Translations under genes and position numbers: made by a program | NCBI GenBank assembly: GCA_038087875.1 | Contig: CM075993.1 | Location: 2,668,001-2,732,000 of the forward strand | Reading direction: 5' to 3' | DNA: 64,000 bases | From: Malacoraja senta | Taxonomy: Eukaryota | Notes under the pieces: model-generated | Database searches by the model: none | Told to the model about the DNA's origin: nothing | Seen by the model: the letters and a program-made list of their open reading frames with translations, nothing else | Part shown: positions 1-11,500 of the stretch, piece after piece | Layout: the number at the start of each line of letters is the position of its first letter | How positions within the stretch are numbered: position 1 is the first letter of the stretch

Positions 1-356
1 GGAACCAAACGGGGACAAACAACACTCACATACGTACACATCCACACACATATGGTAAGGTAAACTAAACAAAAAGTACTAAAAAAATAAATAATAATAA
101 AAAATAAAAAATAAAAAATACAGTAAATAAGTAAGTAATTAAATAAATAATTGTGGGGAGAGGGGGGGGGGGGATTAAGGGGAAAGCAGCTGCTGTAGAG
201 CAAAACAATGGTGGAGAACACTCAGTCCTCTTCCGAGTCCGGGGACAAGTTGAGTGAGTTAACAAGTTCCAAGAAAGGGTTCCATGTATCTAGGAATGTC
301 TTGGTAGAGCCTTTGAGAGAGAACCTAAGTTTTTCAAGCTTTAAATTGTAAAGCAC
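1..356 (-). mobile_element. L1-clade LINE 3' fragment (ORF2 C-terminus plus 3'UTR)
   Basis: The minus strand reads VLYNLKLEKLRFSLKGSTKTFLDTWNPFLELVNSL...* (stop at 222), which resembles fish L1 ORF2 C-termini. A T-rich tail follows. Confidence 0.7.
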
Positions 357-929
357 CTCTGAAGAAGGGTCTCGACCCGAAACGTCACCCATTCCTTCTC
401 TCCAGAGATGCTGCCTGTCCCGCTGAGTTACTCCAGCTTTTTTGTGTCTATCTTCGGTGTAAACCAGCATCTGCAGTTCCTTCTGACGCATTTCGTCTGC
501 TATTTAGTTTAGTTTAGAGATACAGATTTAGAGATTTAGAGAGAGAGAGACTTCCAATAATATGAGAGAGTTAGAGAGGGAAATAGACAAGGAATGCGAG
601 CGCTATCCTGCACAATAGGGACGATTTACAGTTTTTACCGAAGCCAATTAACCAACAAACCTGTCTGTCTTTGGAGTGTGTGAGAAACTGGAGCAGGTTT
701 CCCTGAAGAAAATCCACGGGGAACATACAGACTCCGTACAGACAGCACCCGTGTTTAGGATCGAGCCCCTGTCTCTGGCGCTGTAAGGCAGCAACTCTAC
801 CGCTGCGCCACCGTGCCGTGATATGAGAAAGAAAGAGAGTCCCACAGTAATATGAGTGTGGGTGAGAGAGAAGGAGCAGACAAGAGCCTATTAGTGGGTG
901 GGTGTTTTGTTATAGTTTGTTGTGAATTA

Positions 930-2040
930 CTATTGTTCATAAGTTGTTGGAACAGAATTAGGCCATTCGGCCCATCAAGTCTACTCCGCCATTCAATCAT
1001 GGCGGATCTATCTTTCCCTCTCAACCCCATTCTCCTGCCTTCTCCCCATAGCCCCTGACACCCGCACTAATGATGAATCTGTCAATTTCAACTCTAGAAA
1101 ATACCTAATGACGGCCACCACAGCCTTCGGTGGCAATGAATTCCACAGATTCATCACACTCTGACTGAAGAAATTCCTCCTTATCTCCTTTCTAAATGTA
1201 CATCCTTTTATTCTGAGGCTGTGGCCTCTGGTCCTAGACTCAACCACTAGTGGAAACATCCTCTTCACATTCAGTCTATTCAGGTTGTCACTATTCGGTA
1301 CTCCTCAATGAGGTGCCCCCTCATCCTTCTAAACTCCAGCAAGTTCAGGCCCAGTGCCGTCAAACGCTCATCATATGTTAACCCAATCATTCCTGGGATC
1401 ATTCTCTTAAACCTTCTGTGGACCCTCTCCAGCGGCAGCACATCCGTCCTCAGATACGGGGCCCAATACTGCTCACAATACTCGAAATGCAGTTTGACCA
1501 GTGCCTTATAAAACAATAGACAATAGACAATAGGTGCAGGAGCAGGCCATTTGGCCCTTCAAGCCAGCACCGCCATTCACTGTGATCATGGCTGATCATC
1601 CCCAATCAGTACCCCGTTCCTGCCTTCATATCCCCTGACTCCGCTATTTTTAAGAGCCCTATCTAGCTCTCTCTTGAAAGTATCCAGAGAACCTGCCTCC
1701 ACCGCCCTCTGAGGCAGAGAATTCCACAGACTCACCACTCTCTGTGAGACAAAGTGTTTCCTCCTCTCCCTTCTAAATGGCTTACTCCTTATTCTTAAAC
1801 TGTGGCCCCTGGTTCTGGACTCCCCCAACATCGGGAACATGTTTCCTGCCTCTAGCGTGTCCAAGCCCTTAACAATCTTATATGTTTCAATGAGATGCCC
1901 TCTCACCCTTCTAAACTCCTGAGTGTACAAGCCCAGCTGCTCCATTCTCTCAGCATATGACAGTCCCGCCATCCCAGGAATTAAACCCAGCATTACATCC
2001 CTGTTTTGTATTCTAGTCCTCTCGAAGTAATTGCGGGCAT
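930..2040 (-). mobile_element. Two nested CR1/HER1-type LINE 3' fragments
   Basis: Minus-strand peptides LEYCxQxW-P...ERVHRRFxRMIPG...LGLYxLEFRR...TRGHSLRI...FSQRVVxLWNSLP; (CTATTGT)n tail at ~1515-1532. Confidence 0.9.
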
Positions 2041-2394
2041 TACATTTGTATTGTGTTGTAAATAGAGTCATAGAGTTACAGCGTGGAACAGGCCCAACTT
2101 GCCCACACCGGCCAACATGCCCCATCTACACTTGGTTAAGGAATTGCATCTGGGTACAATTCCCAACAGATGGGGGATACCAACAATTATTCAAAATAAT
2201 TTAGTAAATTTAATTTTGTTAAATAAAATGTAGGCAGTAGATTCACACTTTTAACGTACTTTAAGAAACTGAAGCTTCAAAACATTTAATTATTATCTTA
2301 ACAGATTCTGAATATTTTTCTAGAGCAGTTCTGTGTCTACTTCAGAAGATGCAGCCGTTATTTACCGAGATCTGTGTTTTTTTTGTACTGACAG

Positions 2395-2544
2395 GAATTT
2401 GAGAAAAGTTTGGCCATTGTAAAGGAGGCAACAGGGTGCTGGCGATCGCTTGGAAGGTCTCTCCTTCTCCCGTCGTAACCCATCTCCAGCATGGAGGGCT
2501 GGCATCTAGTCCTACTGCAGGCACGTCTCTGAATTGCACAAATG
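2395..2544 (+). CDS. PARP6: Probable PARP6 exon: mostly 5'UTR, ending in the initiator ATG (2542-2544)
   Basis: Acceptor ttttttttgtactgacAG|g at 2394/2395 and donor ATG|GTGAGC at 2544/2545, in a non-repetitive island. The next exon starts at GAC (Asp2) in phase 0, so an ATG-terminal exon is required. Confidence 0.6.
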
Positions 2545-5500
2545 GTGAGCAAATCGCACGGATTTTTTTGCAAGACCCCGCACACTGTCCCTGCAGACGT
2601 CTGCCCGCACTCCAACCATCCTGAAGACGGTTGGCCTCTTTATACGGCAGTCTGACCATTCCAGGATTCAGACCAGCGACCCTTTGTTGTGTTCTGCACA
2701 ACACGTTTACCATCAATGTGTAAGAAAGAACTGCAGATGCTGGTTTAAATCGAAGGTAGACACTAAATGCTGGAGTAACTCAGCGGGTGACGCAGCATCT
2801 CTGGAGAGAAGGAATGGGCGACGTTTAGGGTTGAGACCCTTCTTCAGACTGATGTCAGGGGAGGGGGCAGGACAAAGATAGAATGTAGGTGGAGACAGTA
2901 AGACTGGTGGGAGAACTGGGAAGGGGAAGGGGATGGAGAGAGAAAGCAAGGGCTATCTGAAGTTAGAGAAGTCAATGTTCATACCGCTGGGGTGTAAACT
3001 ACCCAAGCGAAATATGAAGTGTTGTTCCTCCAATTTGCGCTGGGCCTCACTCTGACAATGGAGGAGGCCCAGGACAGAAAGGTCATATTGGGAATGGGAG
3101 GGGGAGTTGAAGTGTTGAGACACCGGGAGATCAGGTAGGTTAAGACGGACTGAGCGGAGGTGTTCAGCGAAACGATCGCCAAGCCTGCGCATGGTCTGAA
3201 GTTGAACGTTAAATTGTCCAGTTTCGTCTAGTCAATCCCTTCTTCCCTCCCTATCCTTCCCCTATCTCCCCTACACTTCCAATTCACCGTGACCTTTCAT
3301 CAATTTCTCCCCTCCCCTTTCCCCCTACACTCTCCTTTCTTCCCGTACACCTCCCCTGTGCCCCCACCTGGACTCGCAGCTATTTCTCCACTCTCCACGC
3401 CACCTCCATTCCTTCCTGTGACTTCGCAATGCACAACTCTTCAATCCTATTGTCCCGCGCCTTCTGTTCTTTTCATCGCTGGCCTTTGTCCAACCATCTG
3501 CCTATCGAAGTCCCCCTGGCCTGCGTTCAGCTATTACAGGCTACACTTACTTTTCCAGCTTTCATCCCCACCCCTGCCCTACAATCAGTCTAAAAGAGGG
3601 TCCCGAACTGAAACGTCACCTATCCATGTTCTCCAGAAACCCGCTGAGTTACTCAATAGTTTAATGGTTCAATGGTGCAAATATTTATGTGTCAAATATA
3701 CAACTGCAGAGTGAAATTCTTTTTGCCTGCATTACACATACAGGCGCCGCCATTATTGACGCCATTATTCAAACTCCGAAGTCCCGCACGCTCGATGTAA
3801 TGGTGCAGACTCCAGCACTTTGTGTCTTTCCCCCAAGTTTGCTGTCTCCTGAGATAAGGAGACCAACACCGCACGCAATACTCTAGGTGTGATCCCTCCT
3901 CTCCTCCATCATAAGCCCTCGTCAGACTCAAGATAGTTACAGCAGTTGATGCATGGGACTCTGGGCAATATTGTTCCTGCGCTTATGTTCAATGACAATG
4001 CAGTTTTCCATGTTTTACGACTATTTCATTTTGTTTTCCAACTTGGGATAGAATTGGATGTGTTTGTGGTCGGAACTCAGTAACTTTCAGTGAGGCTCCC
4101 CCTCATCCTGGAAGGACCTCATTGAAACTTCCCGAATAGTGAAAGGCCTGGATAGACTGGATGTGGAGAGGATGTTTCCACTAGTGGGAGAGTCTAGGAC
4201 TTAGGACACTCTTGTGTAATTTATGCAAAAAGAGTTTCACTGTGCAGTTGTATATGTGACAAATAAAGCTCTAATGAACAATGTGTCATTCCTAACTGTC
4301 ACTGTATGTCATGTTGTCACTTGCGGGCGGAGCACCAAGGCAAATTCCTTGTATGTGAATCCTTGGCCAATAAACTTATTTATTCATTCATTCATTCATT
4401 CATTCATTTATTCATTCTTTCATTCATAGCCTCAGAATAAAAGGACGCACCTTTAGAAAGGGGATGAGGAGGAATTTCTTTAGTCAGAGGGTGGTGAATC
4501 TGTAGAATTCATTGTCACAGAAGGCTGTGGAGGCCAAGTCATTGGATATTTTTAAGGCAGAGATTGATAGATTGTTGATTGGTAAGTGTGTGAGGGGTTA
4601 TGGGGAGAAGGCAGGAGAATGGGGTTGAGAGATAAAGATAGATCAGCCATGACTGAATGGTGGTGTAGACTTGTTGGGCCAAATGGCGTAATTCTGCTCC
4701 TGGGAACTTGTGAACTGATCAACTCTTTGCTGGTTTCACTTCAGGCTGGGAACAGTTCAGAGCGAGGAGCAGCATGTCTCACGAGGCTTTCCCCGATAGT
4801 CTGGCGCTTCCCACACTCGAGCCTAAAAGGATGGTCAGGTGGCAAGCAAAGCTGCCAACAGGTAGGACCCTGTTACCAACCTCCCTCTCCCCGACCTGCT
4901 CGTTGTTGCATGCAAACTGTAATGCTTGATGGTGCTTGTTCACCAACATTGCACCGCACCACTGCCGCCTGACACCTCCAGCAGCCCTGCTCTGATCCGA
5001 ACCTCGGCCTCTTGCTGTACAGAATTCATACATTTTGGTCCATGAAGCCCGGGTTCCCTTCGCTGCTCCAGTTACTTCACCGAAAGGGATGCTGGTTGGT
5101 AGGTTAATTTGTACAAGACAATGGGCGGCACGATGGCGCAGCGGTAGAGTTGTCGCCTTACAGCGCCAGAGACCCGGGTTCGATCCTTACTACGGGTGCT
5201 GTCTGCATGGAGTTTCCACGTTCTCCCCGTAACCACATGCGTTTTCTCCGGATGCTCTTGTTTCCTCCCACATTCCTAAGACATGCGGGTTCGTAGCTTG
5301 TGTTTAAACCGAAGATAGACACAAAATGCTGGAGTAACTCAGCGGGACAGGCAGCATCTCCGGAGAGAAGGAATGGGTGACGTTTCGGGTCGAGACCCTT
5401 CTGGTTAGGGATGCGGGAAACAAGAGATATAGACAGTGGTGTGGAGAGATAAAGAACAATGAATGAACGATATGCAAAAAAGTAACGATGATAAAGGAAA

Positions 5501-8500
5501 CAGACCATTGTTAGCTGTTTGTTGGGTGAGAACACCTACACTCAGCCCGCCTGGACCTACCTGATCTCCCGGTTGCCAGACACTTTAATTCCCCTTCCCA
5601 TTCCCACACTGACCTTTCTGTCCTCGGTCTCCTCCAGTGAGTGAGGCTAAACGCAAATTGGAGGAACAGCATCTCATATTTCGCTTGGCCAGCTTACAGC
5701 CCAGTGGTATAAATATTGATTTCTCTAACTTTAAGTAACCCCGGCATTCCCTCTCTCTCTATCCCTCCCCCACCCAAGTCGCACCAGCTTCTCATTTTCA
5801 CCCAACAAACAGCTGACAATGGCCTGTTTCCTTTATCATCGTCACTTTTTTGCATATCTTTCATTCATTGTTCTTTATCTCCCTACATCACCATCTATAT
5901 CTCTTGTTTCCCTTAACCCCAACCAGCCTGAAGAAGGGTCTCGACCCGAAACGTCACCCATTCCTTCTCTCCAGGGATGCTGCCTGTCCCGCTGAGTTAC
6001 TCCAGCTTTTTGTGTCTATCTTTACAGGTGTATGTTACCTGTGTTCATGTGGCATAAGGCATTTTTAACGTGTCAATTACTTTTCTTTAGGACATCAAAG
6101 GTCAGTACTGGACTGATGAGGATTCTGATGGGGATAATGACTCTGATGAGTTTCTGTATGGTGTGCAGGTAAGGAACTCTTTGATATTGGTCACATAGTT
6201 TTTGAGTCAGAACGTGTGGAAACAGGCCCTTCAGCCAAACTTGCCCACACCGACCAACATACCCCAGCTACACTAGTCCCACCTGCCTGTGTCTGGCCCA
6301 TATCCCTCTAACCCTATCCCATCCAGGTACCAGTCTAAATGTTGTTTAAATGCTGTGATAGTACCTGCCTCAGGTACTACCTCCTCCAGCAGCTCGTTCC
6401 ATTCAGCCACCTCGCTTTATGCTAAAAAAAAGTGACCCCACATGTTCCCATTAAGTCTTTCCCTCTCACCTTAAATCTATGTCCTGTGGTTCTCGATTTC
6501 CCCTTCTCTGGGCAAAGGACTGTGCATCTACTCAAACTATTCCTCTCATGATTTTGTACACCTCTATAAGTTTACCTATTTCTTCTTCTTCTTCTTGTGT
6601 ATGGCGTGCACAGCCTAAAGTTGTCCGACAACTTGTTCTATTTGATCTGATTTGATTGTGCGCGCCGGGTTGATTGCATTCGTCGAAACAGGGCGGACAA
6701 CGTGAAGGTTGCAATCTCCCACCCCACCCCTCATCTTTCTGCGCTCCAAGGAATAAAGTCCTTGCCTGCTCAACCTCTCCCTATAGCTCAGGCCTCGAGT
6801 CCTTCCGTTGAACGTGGGAAGAAAACTGGAGCACCGAAGGGAACCCGGGCTTCATGGACCGAAACGTATGAATTTCTGTACAGCGAGTGGCCGAAGGTTC
6901 GGATCAGAGCAGGAGGTGTGAGGTAGCAGTGGTGCAGTGCAATGTTGGTGAACAAGCACCAACAAACAATACAGTTTGCATGCAACAACGAGCAGATCAG
7001 AGAGAGTGTGGTTGGTAACAGGGTCCTACCTGTTGGAGGGGGTGAGCTGTATTGTCCAAGATGCTCGCAGAGATTGAGGAGCTTGAGGTGCATCCTCCCC
7101 TCCAAGATCCCCCCCCTCCCCGCCCAGGATGGAGCCAGCCTTCCTGATCAGCTTGTGGATCCTGTTGGTGTCCACGGCCTTCGCTCTGCTGCCCCAGCAC
7201 ACGGCAGCGACACGTTTGCACATTGATATCATGGATGATTGGCAGTAGACCACCTAGCAATCACACGTCTCTAGAATTTGGAAGGACCACCCCGAAGAAT
7301 CCCACGTGGTCACGGGAGAATGTGCAGACAGGTCAGGATCCGATCTGAGTCACTGGAGATATCAGATAGGGAGACGCATTGTACCGCTTACTGGAATCTA
7401 AAGGAAGGAACTGCAGGCGCTGGTTTAAACCGAAGGTGGACGCAAAAACCGGAACCACAAAAACTCAGCAGGTCGGACGGCATCTCCGGAGCAAAGGAAT
7501 AGGCGATGTTTCGGGTCGAGGACCCAGCGTAGAGGGACCGCCGTGATGCTCAGCCGTAGAGTGTTGGCGTCACGCTCTCTCCGTAAACATAGTACGCTGT
7601 AAACAATATAATAAACAAGAAAAAAAGATCAGTTTAGTTTAGTTTAGAGATACAGCGCGGAAACAGGCCCTTCGGCCCACCGAGTATGCACCGACCAGCG
7701 ATCCCCGCACACTAACACTATCCTACACACACTGGGGACAATTATCTATTTTTTTACATTTTACACCATGCCAATTAACCTACATGCCTGCACATCTTTG
7801 GAGTGTGGGAGGAAACCGAAGATCTCGGAGAAAACCCACACGGATCACGGGAGAGAACTCTGTACAGACAGCACCCGTAGTCGGGATCGAACCCGGGTCT
7901 CCGGCGCTGCATTCGCTGCAAGGCAGCAACTCTACCGCTGCGCCACGGTGGAGAACAATGGAGGAGCCGGCATGCTTTGTGACTTTGTCAGCGCTGTAGG
8001 TGGCTGCTATTTGTAGACATTGTGTACGCAAGCAAAGAATCTCACTGTGCCTAGTCACATGTGACAATAAAGTATTCCGTTCCATTCTTCAGACTGTAGA
8101 GGGGTCTCGAACCCAAAACGCAACCTATTCCTTTTCTCCAGAGATCCTGTCTGACCCGCTGAGTTACTCTAGCTTTTTGTGTTTAAGAAAGAACTGCAGA
8201 TGCTGGAAAAATCTAAGGTAGACCAAAATGCTGGAGACACTCAGCGGGTGAGGCAGCGTCTATGGAGCGAAGGAATGGGTGACGTTTCGGGTCGAGACTG
8301 ATGTGTGGGTGGGGGCGGGGTGGGGAAGAAGAAAGGAAGGGCTGTGGGAGAGCTGGGAAGGGGAGGGGAAGGAGGGAGAAAGCAAGGCATTTTTGTCCAC
8401 CACAGCATAGGAACAAGTCGTTCAGTCTATAACGTCAGTCCCACATGTGATGCCAAGTTAAACAAATCTCCTCTGCCTGGTCCATATCCCTCCATTCCCT

Positions 8501-11500
8501 TCATATCCATGTACCTATCTAAATAACAACTTCCCTTTTGAGAAGCAAGGGGAGGGAAGAATTACATTTCATATTTTTCTTCACTCCTTACTTCTAAGAA
8601 GTAGCAACTTCTACTGAAGTGTGTGGATGGCCGTTGGCTCGCTAGGAGCTCATCCGCCCTTTGCCAGGTCTTGTTTTTGGTCCTGCTGGGGGTCCACAGC
8701 CCCCTCCTCACCTGGCAAACCAGGCGGGGGAGACGGTTTAGTGGTCGACTATCCGACCACGGTGCGGGTAGCACGGGATTACATGGTACCCGTGGCGAGG
8801 GGAACTCCCCCCACGACCTATCTAAAAGCCTCTTAAATGGCTGCAACCTTATCTGGCTCCCCTGATGCGGTGTTTCATTTGGTACGTTCCTTTCTGTTCA
8901 GATATAGAAAATGCATGATACTATTTCATTTACCTTGTTCATAAATAACAAAGGGGTTTTCCACAAATAACTCCAGCGATAAACACAAATAAACTTGACA
9001 ATCAAATAAGCGGAATGACTGCTTCAGCTCGGAGAACTGTGAGGAGATGTGCCAGTCACTTTTATTTCTCCCCAAGCTCTCGCGACCAATAACAAATTCT
9101 TAAGTAGTTTCATGAGTCATCAGTGGATAACGTTAAAAACCTCTGGTGAATGGTTTAACATCCAGTCACTGTGCTCTGTCGATAGGCCACTGATGATTTC
9201 CTTTTACGACAGAATGTTAAGTAAACCATGGAGTGTGATTTGCATTGAGCGGTGGAGATATCAGACGAGGGCAGGTGATGGTTGGTTCACCGCTCGTCAT
9301 CTTGGCTTGGATTTCCACTCCGTAAAGAGTAAAAAGGAGCAAATTCCATTTCCTCACGGACTTCAACAAGAGACCACGTTGTATGGAAACAAAAGAACTG
9401 CAGATAAGACACAAAGTGCTGGAGTAACTCAGCGGGTCAGGCAGCATCTCTGGAGAACATGGATAGGTGACGTTTCACAGAGTGCTGGAGTAACTCAGCG
9501 GGTCAGGCAGCATCTCTGGAGAACATGGATAGGTGACGTTTCACAAAGTGCTGGAGTAACTCAGCGGGTCAGGCAGCATCTCTGGAGAACATGGATAGGT
9601 GACGTTTCACAAAGTGCTGGAGTAACTCAGCGGGTCAGGCAGCATCTCTGGAGAACATGGATAGGTGACGTTCACAGAGTGCTGGAGTAACTCAGCGGGT
9701 CAGGCAGCATCTGTGGAGCGAAGGAAATGGGCAACCTTTCGGGCCGAAACCCTGAAGGAAATAGGCAACGTTTCGGGCCGAAACCCGGAAGGGTTTCGGG
9801 CCGAAACGTTGCCTATTTCCTTCGCTCCATAGATGCTGCCGGAACATGGATAGGTGACGTTTCACAGAGGTGCTGGAGTAACTCAGCGGGTCAGGCAGCA
9901 TCTGTGGAGAACATGGATAGGTGACGTTTCACAGAGGTGCTGGAGTAACTCAGCGGGTCAGGCAGCATCTGTGGAGAACATGGATAGGTGACGTTTCACA
10001 GAGGTGCTGGAGTAACTCAGCGGGTCAGGCAGCATCTGTGGAGAACATGGATAGGTGACGTTTCATAGAGTGCTGGAGTAACTCAGCGGGTCAGGCAGCA
10101 TCTCTGGAGAACATGGATAGGTGACGTTTCATAGAGTGCAGGAGTAACTCAGCGGGTCAGGCAGCATCTCTGGAGAACATGGATAGGTGACGTTTCATAG
10201 AGTGCTGGATTAACTCAGAGGTCAGGCAGCATCTCTGGAGAACATGGATAGATGACATTTCGGGTCGTGACCATTCTTCAGTCTGAAACATCACCTATCT
10301 ATAGATGTGACTATCCTCAGTTTAAACCAGCATCTGCAGTTCCTTCCTACACATCACCTATCAATATCTCTCTACATCATCATCGTTTATCTCTCTACAT
10401 CATCGTCTATATCTCTCGTTTCCCTTATCCCTAACCGGTCTGAAGAAGGGTCTCGACCCGAAAGGTCACCCATTCCTTCTCTCCAGAGATGCTGCCTGTC
10501 CCGCTGAGTTACTCCAGCATTTTGTACCAATCTACTGTATGTTCTATCTCTTAAAACAAATACGAAATTAAAAAACCTGTGCCTGACAACATGTTTGTCA
10601 GCATTAAATTCCATTAGCTCCCTATCCATCAGACTTGAATGCCAGCTAAGATGATTTGCACTCTTTGCAATCATTTGCTCAGCCATGTGTGTTTACTTAA
10701 CCACTGCACCATCATATGCTTGAATCGTTTTTTCCGAAAGCCATTGTGGGTTTCACAATGCCTGTTGGATTTGTCATAGCTGGGACAAAGCAGAATTCAT
10801 TCTGAATTCCACAGTCACCCTATCTCCTGCTGCCTGCTGTAGGCACTAAATGCCCGAGTAACTCGTGGCACGGTGGGGCAACGGTAGAGTTGCTGGCTTA
10901 CAGTACTTGCAGCGCCAGACACCCGGGTTCTATCCCAACTACGGGTGCTGTCTGTACGGAGTTTGTACGTTCTCCCCGTGACCTGTGGGGGTTTTCTCTG
11001 AGATCTTCAGTTGCCTCCCACACTCCAAAGACGTACAGGTATGTAGGTACATTGGCTTGGTAAATGTAAAAGTGGTCCCTAGTGTGTATAGGATAGTGTT
11101 AATATGCAGGGATCATTGGTCAGCACTCACCCGATAGGCCAAAGGGCCTGTTTCCGCGCAGTGTCTCAAAAACTAAACTAAAACTCAGCGGGACAGACAG
11201 CATCTCTGGATAGAAGGAATGGGTGACGTTTCGGGTCAAGACTCTTCTTCAGACTGAAGAAATGTGTCGGAAGGAACTGCATATGCTTGTTTACACCGAA
11301 GATAGACACAAAATGCCCGAGTAACTCAACGGGACAGGCAGCATCTCTGGGTAGAAGGAATGGATGAGTTTTCGGGTCTTCAGACTGAGGATGGTGAGTG
11401 GACTGGCCACACAATCATCTCCCTGCTACCTTCATGTAGAAGGTACGGGAGCCTGAAGACTGCAACAACCAGGTTCAGGAATAGCTACTTCCCCACAGCC

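Noticed and set aside
52..60. ATG|GTAAGG as the PARP6 start-codon exon
   Set aside because: It lies in the antisense 3'UTR of an L1 fragment. The 2542 candidate has an acceptor and a unique-sequence context. Not fully excluded without RNA data.
8628..8660. Hammerhead-like CGGATGA-GCTC..GAGC-CAAC on the minus strand
   Set aside because: It deviates at core positions (U4 and the general base G12), so it is not supportable as a hammerhead.
9411..10262. CRISPR-like appearance of this array and the 38.2-kb array
   Set aside because: The units are contiguous with no unique spacers, there are no cas genes, and the context is a vertebrate intron.
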